A stretch of 55,949 nucleotides of DNA, filler included, from Circinaria calcarea (lineage: Eukaryota), in assembly GCA_051942165.1 (NCBI GenBank). It is 4 parts of 4 records of this genome, joined end to end, with 100 filler letters (N's around TTAATTAATTAA, not from the genome) between each part and the next. Parts side by side here need not be neighbours in the genome. Positions count along the whole stretch, not along the records: positions 42,070 to 55,949 come from JAVECS010000468.1; 3 more parts are not named here. The stretch is one strand, 5' to 3'. Below the pieces are notes generated by a model. The model had not been told where the DNA came from and searched no databases. It was given only the letters and a program-made list of their open reading frames with translations. The translations under genes were made by a program, and so were the position numbers. Each line of letters begins with the position of its first letter. Within the stretch, counting starts at the first letter, position 1. Below, piece after piece: positions 45,339 to 55,949 of the stretch.

Positions 45339-46254
45339 GGTGTCGATAGGCGTCTTCTCTAGAGGGATCCTTGGCAGATTGACAACGAATTCCAACAGTC
45401 ACACTCCAGGACAGTTGGCCAAGGTGTCAGGAGACAAAGAAGAAAAAGAACAAAAAGAATGGAGCGGAGCAACAAGAGTCAAAGATGTAAAGGGCAAGAC
45501 GTCTCCCGGTGAGACAGCACTGGATACCGACAAGGCTGTTGGGGGATATAGCGTGTGTGCGTAGGGTAGTGAGAGTGGGAAAAGTGAAGCAAGATGGCGA
45601 GTATCATGTGGGGATATATAGAGCAAGGAAAGGTCAATGAGATATGAGAGGAAGGTGTGTCATATGGGGGTGGACCGGGGTGGCTGCATGTTGCCAGGCA
45701 GCCTTCTCAAATCCCGGGCGAACAGGGCCATTGTCGCCTTGTTCCAGCGTGCGGGTAGCCTTCATAGGACTAAGGTGCAGCTGTGTGCAAGGACAAGGTT
45801 GAGACTGATGGTTGTTGCTGATCGTAAGGCAGTTTTCGCTATCAACGCTCGGAGACAGAGTGCAGAGTGCAGAGAATCGTGAGTGGAGGGGCGCCCCGCT
45901 TAGCTTGTCCAGAGCCAACGAATAGCGATGCACTGCCCGAAAAAAATCATCAATGGAATCGATCCGAAGGACCATGGCCTGCACAGTTCTTTGCATGAGG
46001 CCGGTGCCTGCCTGCCGATTGGAATGCGCGTCTGCATCTTTGAAGTCGTCGATGCTCTGGCAGCCAAACGCCCCGGAGCCGCGTTCACTCGCTTTTGGGA
46101 GCGGCCTATTCGTAAACGTCGATGTCACTTTCTCATCAATCGAGGGCGCGTGATGATACCAAACGTCCTCTGACGGCCCAAAGGAGGCAGCGTGTCTCAC
46201 AGTCCTGAAGTAATCTGGGAGTCGATCAGGACCTTAGAGGCTGGCGAGCATCTT

Positions 46255-46362
46255 CGTCCACCTACTCGTCCACCTACTCGTCCACCTACTCGTCCGGGCT
46301 TATCGAACGGCCACGCTCTAAATACTCCAGGGGTGTTCCGTCGTCGTCGTCGTCGTCGTCGT
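46255..46362. repeat. Short simple repeats
   Basis: TCGTCCACCTAC x3 (46255-46290) and (CGT)n at about 46339-46362. Confidence 0.85.
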
Positions 46363-47681
46363 GACCCGTAAAAATAATTCCAGATCCGGCTGCGGTCTGG
46401 CTGCCACGGCATGTATCCGTACGGATGGTCACATTCTGCTCCCTATGCTGTCTATGCCCGTCGCGACCCCGGAACAGCGCATCGGTCACGACACGACCAG
46501 AATCGAGTCCATGGCGACTCGGAGCTGACCCCTTGGCAATGGAGGATGGAAGGAATGTGGCTGCGTGCGGGGCGGTGCCCGGTTACTAAACAGACGCGAA
46601 CGGAGGATTTGCTGCTTCGCGAGGCATTTTCCCCACGGCGCGCAGACCCCCACAAACTCGGGGGCAGCAGAGGAATCCCAAGACCTCCAAATGCGCCCTG
46701 CTGTGGACGTATCCCGGAGTCCACCATGAATGTGGCTTCCTTTTGCTGCTTACAGAGTACTATCGGTAGCTCCCATAGCGTCCATGTGTGCCCCAAAGCT
46801 ACAGACTCCCCGAGATCAGCTGGCCTGGGTTCGACGCCCGCGCCCTGATGTTTTGCCCCGGGGTTTGCTTACACAAGCACCGGTTTCGATAACCAAGTGC
46901 GTTTCGGTATGTTCTGGGGGCGTAGTGCATACAGATGGAATCGTCGATCATCTCTCGATGCTACATGTTTAATCGTCTTTCTATTGGCTGCACCTCCTTT
47001 GTTGACTGATGCGAGTCCTTTGGCGCCCCTCTCCGATAGTTTGACTCTGACACGGCTGTCAAAAGAGCTTCACCGGTTGAGGAGCTTGTACCCGGGGGCG
47101 TCGACCGGTCAGTACGTTACAGAACTATTACGGGGCGCACCTCGGTCAATGCATGTCATCCTCACCCCTACTGGCATCGCATATGTGAAACCGTGCATTG
47201 TTCGTGAAGAATATTATTAATTAACAAGGGCCTTCGACCCAAGAAATCATGGGCGAATCGGCTCCAATTGCCCGCCGCCAGGACTGCGCGGCCCAGCCAA
47301 GAATGGTATCTAACGATCTCTATCGATGCCGCCTTCTAATTACAATTCCAAACCAGACCATGACGACTGCCAGCCTGATCCCTCATCCAAAGGTAAACTC
47401 CGACAATCAACCGCAGATGCTGTGACTCCAAGAGGACACGGGCGGAGAAGGGACCTAGAGTGCAGGCGCCTTTTTGAAACTCTGAAAGTGATCGGGAGTA
47501 TCGGCATGCATCTTAGGTCCTGGCGTAAGAATCCCGCTCTGGCTCATGATGTGTAAGGGACCAAAAAATGTGCATACGTACCCGCTCCTTGAAAACGTTA
47601 TCAGATAAGAGTTATCGTTATACAGTGCAGAACCGGGCGGTATGGCTGCTGACGACCAATGTCAAGCAACAGACGATAGTC

Positions 47682-49736
47682 TCATCGCAACGGTGATTTG
47701 ACATCCTGCACCCCTCGCTTGAGCACATCATCCAGCCGCCACCGAGGAGGCTGGACCATGAGTTCACCACCCATACCACCCTTCTCTGCACATCTCCGTT
47801 CTTTCTCCATTTCCGGCGTCACGCCATCCGGTAGAGGCTCGGCTCCTCCAGCAATACCGGATGAGAACTTCAGTTGCAAAACATTGCCAATCTCATCACA
47901 TGCTGCCAAAAGTCTATCCAAGTCGTCTTTTGTATGTGCTGCAGACACACAGAACCTGGCCCTCGATGAAACCAGAGGAGTAGCTGGATAACCTACCACA
48001 ACCACTGATATCTTTCGCTTCAACATTTCGTGCGAAAAGGCTGGTATTTTGGCAGGATTGTAAAGGAGCAACGGGATAATGGGAGAATCGTCGCAACCGT
48101 ACACGATGAACCCGAGACGCTTTAATCCCAAGCGAAGGTATCTAGAGTTGAAGGCCAATCGCTGCAAACGTTCTTCGCCTTGTCCGGGGACCAGCTCGCC
48201 GGTAATGATCCTTAAAGCAGTAGAAATCTGAGCTAACACTGGGGGCGCCGGTGCCTCTCCGTAGATGGATCCAGCATTTGTAGCGCGAAGCTTGTCAATG
48301 GTAGCTTTGTCGCCTGCAATGTAACCGCCATTCGCGCCGAATGATTTCGTTAGGGTACCCATGAGGATATCGACTTCCGAGGGATTGATCCCGAAGTAGT
48401 CACAAACACCCCTTCCTTTGGGACCTAGAGCACCGACCGAATGGGCCTCGTCCACAAAAAGGTTGAACTTGTACTTTTTCTTGAGAGCAAGGATTCCGGG
48501 CAGGTTACACATTGTCCCTTCCATTGAATAGAGGCCCTCTACAACAACAAGGATCTTTTTCCATGGCCTATGCGTTCGGGGTTGTCCTTGAGAGATAACC
48601 TCACGTAACAGTTTTTCAAGATCCTTGATATCGTTGTGTTTGAACATTTCAATGATCGCCCCAGATAGCCGTGCACCGTAACGTATGGAGGCATGGTTAA
48701 GCTCATCAGAAATTACAAGGCACCCTTTGCTCACCAGTGCTGGGAATGCGGTTGCGTTTGTAGCGAAACCCATGGAAAATACCATGGCTGACGGTTTGCC
48801 AACAAACTTTGCGATAAGTTGTTCAACCTCAATATGCATTTCAGATGTGCCGGCAACAGCACGCGAGCTCGCCACGCTAATCCCGTACTTCTTGACAGCC
48901 TCCTCAGCAGCATCCGCACAGGGACCCTCTGATTGTGCGAAGCCGAGGTAGTTGTATGAACTCATGTTCAGTGTTTCCGTGGTGGTGCCAGTAAGGTGGA
49001 AGTGGAGGTTATGGTCATATGACTTGCGATCTATTAAAGTGATGTATCTGCCTGGAACTCCGGTGGTAGGTCTCGAGAAGCAATCATTGATTCGCATCTT
49101 CAATCTCCTGACGTAGAAATTGTCGAAATCGCTGTTCAACGGAGCATACCCATTGCGTGCTTGCAGATGCCGATAATGCTCTTCCCTAAAGCGCTTGCCG
49201 AAGAAGTCTCTAACATGACCGAATATTATTAAGATTAGGTAGCTGATGTATGTTGTAAGGAGATAATAATAAGGTGGTTCATCTTGTATTGGGTCGGCAA
49301 ATTCGCCGCCCTGATAACGACTAGTACACCGGTGACTTTGGGAACCTAAAGGACCAAACTGAGCATATTGCTTCGCTATCCTTCGCGCCTCTGCCGGAGA
49401 GGGTGGTTGGAAAAGAGTGGTGGGCGGCTCATCCATGTTCGTACTGTCTGCTGTAGCGGTGGAAAGGGATATTGTCGGTAATGACAGTGATGCAGAACTA
49501 ATCTGCGACGACGGAGAAGTGTGGAGACCTTGCTGCTGTGCAGCAGCAAGGAGGGCGGCGGTCGCTGTTTGCGCTTCACTTCTCGATCTTGGTGAAGTAG
49601 AGAAATACTGAGCGAATCTATTCGACCTCGACGGGTTTGCCTTAATTGGAAGTCCTCCTTTTTCAACGTTCGTGGAGTGAATGGTCCCTGACGACGGTAA
49701 GGCACTGGCGAACGGATTGGTTAGACGTCGAGGCAT
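47682..49736 (-). CDS. LCB2: Serine palmitoyltransferase subunit 2 (684 aa), intronless
   Basis: NMSSYNYLGFAQ, ISDELNHASI, EGLYSMEG, DEAHS, PLP-lysine motif GTLTKSFGANGG, SRARFCVSAAHT. Confidence 0.96.
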   Translation of the reverse strand: MPRRLTNPFASALPSSGTIHSTNVEKGGLPIKANPSRSNRFAQYFSTSPRSRSEAQTATAALLAAAQQQGLHTSPSSQISSASLSLPTISLSTATADSTNMDEPPTTLFQPPSPAEARRIAKQYAQFGPLGSQSHRCTSRYQGGEFADPIQDEPPYYYLLTTYISYLILIIFGHVRDFFGKRFREEHYRHLQARNGYAPLNSDFDNFYVRRLKMRINDCFSRPTTGVPGRYITLIDRKSYDHNLHFHLTGTTTETLNMSSYNYLGFAQSEGPCADAAEEAVKKYGISVASSRAVAGTSEMHIEVEQLIAKFVGKPSAMVFSMGFATNATAFPALVSKGCLVISDELNHASIRYGARLSGAIIEMFKHNDIKDLEKLLREVISQGQPRTHRPWKKILVVVEGLYSMEGTMCNLPGILALKKKYKFNLFVDEAHSVGALGPKGRGVCDYFGINPSEVDILMGTLTKSFGANGGYIAGDKATIDKLRATNAGSIYGEAPAPPVLAQISTALRIITGELVPGQGEERLQRLAFNSRYLRLGLKRLGFIVYGCDDSPIIPLLLYNPAKIPAFSHEMLKRKISVVVVGYPATPLVSSRARFCVSAAHTKDDLDRLLAACDEIGNVLQLKFSSGIAGGAEPLPDGVTPEMEKERRCAEKGGMGGELMVQPPRWRLDDVLKRGVQDVKSPLR

Positions 49737-50680
49737 CGTGCAAATCTTGGACCAGATTAATTAACTGCTCAAGTCGCTCGGAGTTCAATTGCAATGTCAG
49801 AGACACACGGATTGCGCAGAGGTATGCGCGTTTCTGTCCTGGCAGTCTTATGAGATGGAGATTCTTGACAGAGGCGGTGAGACAGAGCGACGTAGTCAAG
49901 GACGACACCGAAGAGCGGCGTAGTAATGGCGAGGCGAAGCACCCCAGCAGTGTCGTATTGCAGGTGGCCGACTGCAATAGACGACTGTGCTGCGGGGCAA
50001 ATTAGTATTAATTGCTGAAGTAGCGACGATGATGTTTTTCAAGGACGTCAGAAAGTAAAGGTTTGGAGCTTTCTGATAGGCGCGAGCTCAATCCGAATTA
50101 GTGGTCCCGACGATTCCGAGAAGGTGAGGTAGCGACAAAGAGCCGATTCTGCAGGTGATTGTGTATTCTACCCTCGGCAGCTGCACTGACTGTGTCTGTC
50201 CCCAATGTTTATACTCGATAGGTAGCTGAATGCTGGTAGGACTTGATCCGGAGATTGCTGCGGCCTATCTCTGCGCTGCTGGGTTGTGGATCAACGAAGC
50301 TCTTTGTGCTGTGATGCGGATCCGTCTCCGTTGGGTGAGGTTCCTCCAAGTGAAGTCAGAAACGCCCCGGTCACTCTCAAGACAAGCACCAAAGAAGCCT
50401 CTTCGTAAGCTCAAACGGCGAAAGCGACAATCCAAAGTGCAGAGAGAAAGGAGAGGATGAAAGGTATGGTACCAGAGGTACTTACATATGTATTCGCGGG
50501 AGATGATGCGCTTATTTGAGATTACTTCCTTAGCGCCTGTCACGGACTCATAGGGCTGACTGGAACCCTAAAATGCGACTCTGAAAACCTCACTCTTCCT
50601 GTTCACAGGCTGATCACGTACCATGGTGTCAATCCACTCGCCTAAGACTAACGACCTACCCGACACGCTTCCACGACAGA

Positions 50681-52842
50681 ATGAGTGATGCGTCTCCGTC
50701 ATCAGGAGCGTTGTTATGGAGACACAAGGATCCAACGGCAACCCGTATATGGGAATTCAAAACCTTGATAGAAGAGAAATATGACGCCGAGTTGCAAGGC
50801 TATGAGGCTCTACGAAAATGGAGCATTACCCATCTTGTGGAATTTTGGTCCGAAGTGTGGTATTTCACCGGCATTTGTGCTTCCAAACCTTTCGAAGAGG
50901 TAGCTTTGCTCATCGGGATATTAACCTCGCAGCGTGCTGAAGCTCAAGGCAGGTTATAGCAGCTGACGCTCCAATGTTTCCCCGTCCGCCCTTCTTCACT
51001 GGTGCCAGACTGAACTTTGCCGAGAATCTTCTCTATCCTCTTTGTAATCCCATGGAGGACTCTGTTGCTGTATTCGCGGCAACAGAGACAACTCGGGAGC
51101 ATGTGACTTGGAAGCAGTTGCGTGAGAGGGTAAGGCAATGTACTGCGGCTTTACGGGATGTTGGAGTTGAAAGTGGTGACCGAGTGGCTGGTTATCTTGC
51201 CAACCACACCAACGCTCTTGTAGCCATGCTATCGACTACTTCCCTCGGAGCAATCTGGACGGCGGTATCTCCTGATACCGGAGTTCATGCGGTGTTGGAT
51301 CGAATACGACAGATTCGACCAAAGGTGCTATTCTCAGATAACGCCGTCACGTACAATGGAAAGGTGCATGAAACTCAGCAAAAGCTACAGGAAATTGTAC
51401 TAGAGCTTCCTGATTTGGAGACCGTCGTCGTCTTTGAGACTATATTAAATCACCCATTCAATATAAACTCGATCCGTGTCCCCCAAGGAAAAGCACTAAT
51501 GTACAGCGACTTTATCGCGAAACATCAAGGTGCTGCGGAGCACCACTTTGTTCAGTTGCAGCCGGATCATCCAGTATACATCCTATACTCGTCAGGAACT
51601 ACTGGTAAACCTAAGTGTATCGTACATGGTGCCATTGGGACATTAATCCAGCACAAGAAAGAGCATAGCATTGCTTGTGACATGGAACCAGGAGATGTCT
51701 TTTTCCAGTACACGACCTGCACATGGATGATGTGGCATTGGCTTGTATCGGCGCTTGCCAGTGGCGTAACGTTGGTCTTGTACGATGGGTCGCCTTTCAG
51801 ACCACTCAATGCTAAGGGAGGTGGGGAATTGGCAACGCCAGCACTCATCGATGAGCTTGGCATCACCCATTTTGGCACATCCGCCAAGTATCTTTCGATT
51901 TTGGAGCAAAAGGATGTTTCGCCGAAAGACCAATTTCCGATGAAGAAGCTGAGAGCTATATACAGCACAGGAAGCTCTCTGGCGCCATCCACCTTCAGGT
52001 ATGTTTATCGTGCCTTTGGTCCAGATATACACCTCGGGAGCATTACAGGAGGCACAGACATCATCTCGCTGTTCGGGGCGCCTTCCTTGATATCACCCGT
52101 CTATACAGGAGAAGTACAAGTCCGAGGTTTAGGTATGGCAGTAGAAGTGTGGGATTTCGAGGGAAACGATATTACTGATATTGGCGAGCCGGGTGATCTT
52201 GTATGCGTCAAACCATTCCCGTGTCAGCCCATCTACTTCTGGGGAGACGGTGAATCGCAACTATACAAGAAAAGCTATTTCCAGACATTCCCTGGCACAT
52301 GGCATCATGGTGACTTTGTCAGATTGAATCCTGCCACTGGTGGACTGATTATGCTGGGCCGGAGCGACGGGGTATTAAAGCCTGCAGGAGTAAGATATGG
52401 GAGTGCGGAGATCTATAATGTGCTATTGAAGCATTTCCCTGAAGTTGAAGATGCTTTATGTGTTGGCCGCAGGAGGGAGACGGATTTGGACGAGACTGTC
52501 ATTCTTTTCCTTAAGTTGGTACCAGAGAAGCACATTTCGGGTGACTTGACAAATCGCATCCAAAAGGTCATCAGATCTGAATTGAGTGCCCGACACGTTC
52601 CATCTGTCATTGACGAATGTCCTGCAATCCCGGTGACGGCAAATGGAAAGAAGTATGTTGCTCCGGAGGCACAGATCATACTGAACTACAAGGAAAGAGC
52701 TGACTAGATGACTTCTAGGGTCGAGGTGACGGTGAAACAGATTCTCAGCGGGACGAATGTCAAGACGTCTGCTTCAGTTGCAAACGCAGCATGTCTTGAA
52801 TGGTATCGGCAATGGAGTAAAGAGCACCAGGCTCCTACATAG
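50681..52842 (+). CDS. Acetoacetyl-CoA synthetase; exons 50681-50899, 50953-52652, 52719-52842
   Basis: ARLNFAENLL, ILYSSGTTGKPKCIVH, TTCTWMMWHW, SITGGTDI, WHHGDF, GRSDGVLKPAGVRYGSAEIY, NGKKVE; intron phases are consistent. Confidence 0.93.
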
Positions 52843-53569
52843 ATGATAGTCGAGCGTAGCCCTACACTTGTCATGTACGACGAGTATGGTGGAATTGTAT
52901 ATACGGGGGATTGGGTAGAAGGTAGCTTAATCAATGACAATAGTATTACCTATGATAAACAAACGTGATAAGGTAACAAGAATACCAACCATCAAGTCGA
53001 GTAGCATTCCATCTCAAGTTGATGGTTCTCTTGAACTACTCTGTACTGCGTATCTGTTGTTGCTTGAAGCGTTGAGAAAAGCTGTCAGGCTGTGTGGCTG
53101 TTACACAGCAGCTCGCTTAGCGAGGGCACGTTGTCTTTCTCACCACCTTCCAAAGCTCTCTGTCTTCGTGTCGAACCGCTGATCAGTTGACGACGTTAGA
53201 ATGCATCTGAGCTATTCGAGCGCTTCATCCCTATCTCCCTTGAAGCGCCCCCCGCGTTACATCGCGTGCCTCAAGATATTCCAATGGCGAAGCGAGAGAG
53301 GCATCGTGCGATCGCCACTTGCGACTGCGGGGACCATCAAGCCATGCAATGCATACTCTTTCTCTACCGCATTCGATTCCCCGTATGGGATTCTGGATAC
53401 GCATGCGATTGAAAGGTGAACTGCTTGCCAAGTAGACTATCCTCACCCATTGTGCAAGAACTGCGTTGATGCTCCTGGTTGCTGCTTTTCGTTCCAACCT
53501 CTACCAACAATGCGCAGTGCTTGACCAGCTCGCAGAGGCCAACTTGCCAGTTATTCCTCGTCAGCCATC

Positions 53570-55124
53570 ATGAGTGTTGCTCACGAGTATAATAATGGAT
53601 CAGCCGGTCATCCACATTTTTCAATTGAAGCCATGGCAGCGTTTAAATATTCCAAGGATCGATATCATCACCGAAGTCTGACCATCCCATTCGCGAATGC
53701 TTCGCGGCATAAACCCCGAAGGTAATCTTTCCGGTATCAATTGGGTCAAGCGGAGATACTGATGATTCGCAAGATGGCCGCTTCCACTACGTTTTATCAA
53801 GGGTGCTATACACGGCGCAATCCTCCTCCCCGTGGTCTTGCATGCCTTCTTTGCTGGTCTCATTGTCTATATCGACTTGCAGGAGCAGAGGCATCTTGGC
53901 CTTCCCCCGAGTATCGTACGTGCATTTACGGCCCCCGAGAGTTCTGAGAGCCGTTGCGGTAGTTATGGATATCCAGCTAACTATGACTCCCAAAGATCCC
54001 TAGCTTGTCAATTGTTGTTGGTAAGAGAACGTTGATTGTTCTGCTCCTCCCAATGCTAATATCCGACTTCAGGTCTGATGCTCGTAATCCTCTCTGAAAA
54101 CCCCTCCCTAAATATAGTCAATTGATACCCAACCCTTCCAGGTCTTCCGCAACCAAACATCATACAACCGCTTCTGGGAAGGCCGCAACCACCTCACCGA
54201 AATCATCACCTCCGTCCGCAACCTCGCTCGCATGTTTCTCGCCTGCAGCTTCAACGTCGATGCCGACGATAGCGCCACCCGAAAGGCCGACCGCGCAGAC
54301 ACCGAATGCGTTACCAGAATCCTCGCCGCCATCCTCTTCGCCACAAAGAATCATCTGCGTGCGGATTGGGGCGCCTGTATCGTTCCGGGCGCCGCACTGA
54401 CTCCTACCGGCAAAGCGACCCTCAACGCCGAGTACAGCGACTTGATACCCCCGAGGCTAGTGGGATTGGACCACAAAGGGGTTGGGATACCGTTGCAGCT
54501 CACATTCTTCGTGGAACAATACATCAAGCGAGGCTACAACCGGGGCTGGTTCCACGGACCACAAGCGAGTCAGATGACCGCTCAATTGAATGCTCTGGTG
54601 GACGCCTACGGGAGAATGGAAACAATCCGACTGACACCCGTCCCAGTCGCACATCTGTAAGTTCATACCCAAACCCCCTCCATTTTCCCCAAAAAAACTG
54701 CCCCCCCCTTGGTAACTCATCTTTCTCCTCCCTCTCCAACAGGATTCACCAGAAACAAGTCCTCGCCCTCTTCGGCATGGTCCTCCCCTTTGCCATGGTC
54801 GACAACATGGGCTGGTGGGCCGTACCCGTCACCACCCTCATTACCTTCACCCTCTACGGCATCGACGGCATCGCCTCCCAGCTCGAGGACCCCTTCCGCC
54901 GCAACAAGATCGACATCAACATGGACGACATCGTCGAAGATATCCGCTCCGAGATCCTCGTCCTGCTGGATGAGTGGAAGCGCGTCGGCGAGAGTGAGTT
55001 TGGCGATCGGGGCAAGTGGTTTGTTGATGGCATGAGTGCGAAGACACCGGAGGTGGGAAGTCAGGAAGAAGTGGGTGGCCGGAGGGGCGGGTTTGAGCCG
55101 TGTTGCGGGGAGGCGGGGGTTTGA
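53570..55124 (+). CDS. Bestrophin-like (UPF0187) anion channel; exons 53570-53721, 53774-53915, 53996-54020, 54073-54083, 54142-54656, 54743-55124
   Basis: Spliced SIVVGLMLVFRNQTSYNRFWEGR, METIRLTPVPVAHLIHQKQVL and GIDGIASQLEDPF...DINMD motifs. Confidence 0.88.
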
Positions 55125-55794
55125 ATGGAGTGGGATGGATGGGATGGCGGCTGGCTTATTTGATTTACCGTTTGCGTATTTGTTCAAACCCGAGAAATTG
55201 GGATATTCCCCCGCAAGGTGGTTTTTCCAGCGAGCATATTGCCTAGCGTGATTTTGGCTTTTTGGGGGGAGGGGGGAAGCATTCACTGTCTTGGATACCC
55301 CTATGTTGTACTTGTTTTTTTTTCCCCAAAAAAGAAAACTCCTCTTGTCTTCGTCTGGGGACTCTCCATCCCCAGGAGCATTAATCTCAATCTCTCTTTG
55401 GCCATCCAATACACAATACACAAAACCAAGTACCCTCCACTCCACTCCCCTCTCGGTTAAAAGAGCCAACATAACCCGGTGGAACGCCCGATGCACAAAA
55501 AATTTCAATTCAATTCAATCAAACACTAAAGGGTATGCTGCAGTTTCCACCCGCGAATATGAATCGCGGGCTTTGGGAAGGAAAAAGGGGGAAAGAAGTT
55601 GGTTTTTTTACCTTAGGAACGATGATTGGTGGGAAGGGAAGGGGAGGAAGTCGAGGGGACGAGACGGGATGGGACTGGGATGGAAGTTTAAGGCCTAGTA
55701 GTAATTAAGGCACGCCGAATGATTGGGGAACGAATTCCTTTGCATTTTAGATAGTTCGATTGGAATTTGGGGAAATCCGTAGTCTGTAGTCTGT

Positions 55795-55860
55795 ATTCTT
55801 TTTTTTTTACCAAGGAGAAAGGAAAGGAAAGGGAAGGGAAGGGAAGGGAAGGGAAACCTG
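55795..55860. repeat. Low-complexity poly-T and (GGAAA/GGGAA)n tract
   Basis: T-run followed by GGAAAGGAAAGGGAAGGGAAGGGAAGGGAAGGGAAA. Confidence 0.85.
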
Positions 55861-55949
55861 AGAGCTTGAGTGGCCTGGGTTTTTGCTTTGCTTGCCACCC
55901 TTTTTCCGAAGGGGGTGGAATATTCTTTTTTTTGGGAAAGGGGAAAGGC

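Noticed and set aside
45634..47556. Many short ORFs between the 43-45 kb gene and LCB2
   Set aside because: They overlap in all frames with no motifs or coherent exon chain; the region is most likely promoter and 3' UTR.
22266..52842. Cofactor or metabolic gene cluster (PDX1, MFS, NMNAT, LCB2, acetoacetyl-CoA synthetase)
   Set aside because: The genes are interspersed with unrelated ones and split by artificial gaps; there is no PKS, NRPS or terpene backbone gene.
52934..53497. Short ORFs between acetoacetyl-CoA synthetase and the bestrophin gene
   Set aside because: No recognisable domain or splice-consistent model; a decayed gene cannot be excluded.

Overview
Eukaryotic DNA from a filamentous ascomycete (Pezizomycotina; inferred from short GT-AG introns with CTRAC-like branch points, gene content and RIP-like decay of repeats). 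The window joins four contigs with three identical artificial 100-bp spacers (44 N + TTAATTAATTAA + 44 N), so adjacency across 13965-14064, 27976-28075 and 41970-42069 is not established. Most of it is ordinary housekeeping sequence: PWP1, PRP16, RRN3 (gap-truncated), PDX1/SNZ1, a FUN14 protein, an MFS monocarboxylate-type transporter, a CUE/Smr-type protein (gap-truncated), a UFD4/TRIP12-like HECT ligase, NMNAT, LCB2, acetoacetyl-CoA synthetase, a bestrophin/UPF0187 channel and several hypotheticals. Two accessory regions stand out. (1) 1-3.9 kb: a 1541-bp solo-LTR-like insertion (TG...CA ends, GTATC target-site duplication) filled with 12/23-bp tandem arrays around a hairpin with telomere-repeat arms, followed by a PD-(D/E)xK-like nuclease pseudogene. 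(2) 14-22 kb: a decayed hAT transposase, mutated repeats and a MITE-like element, among which lie two apparently intact spliced genes that the ORF track fragments: a secreted ricin-B-like beta-trefoil lectin and a stand-alone WD40 protein. I found no clear evidence of a new multi-gene system; these two regions are the best leads. All homology calls are by motif recognition, not database search.
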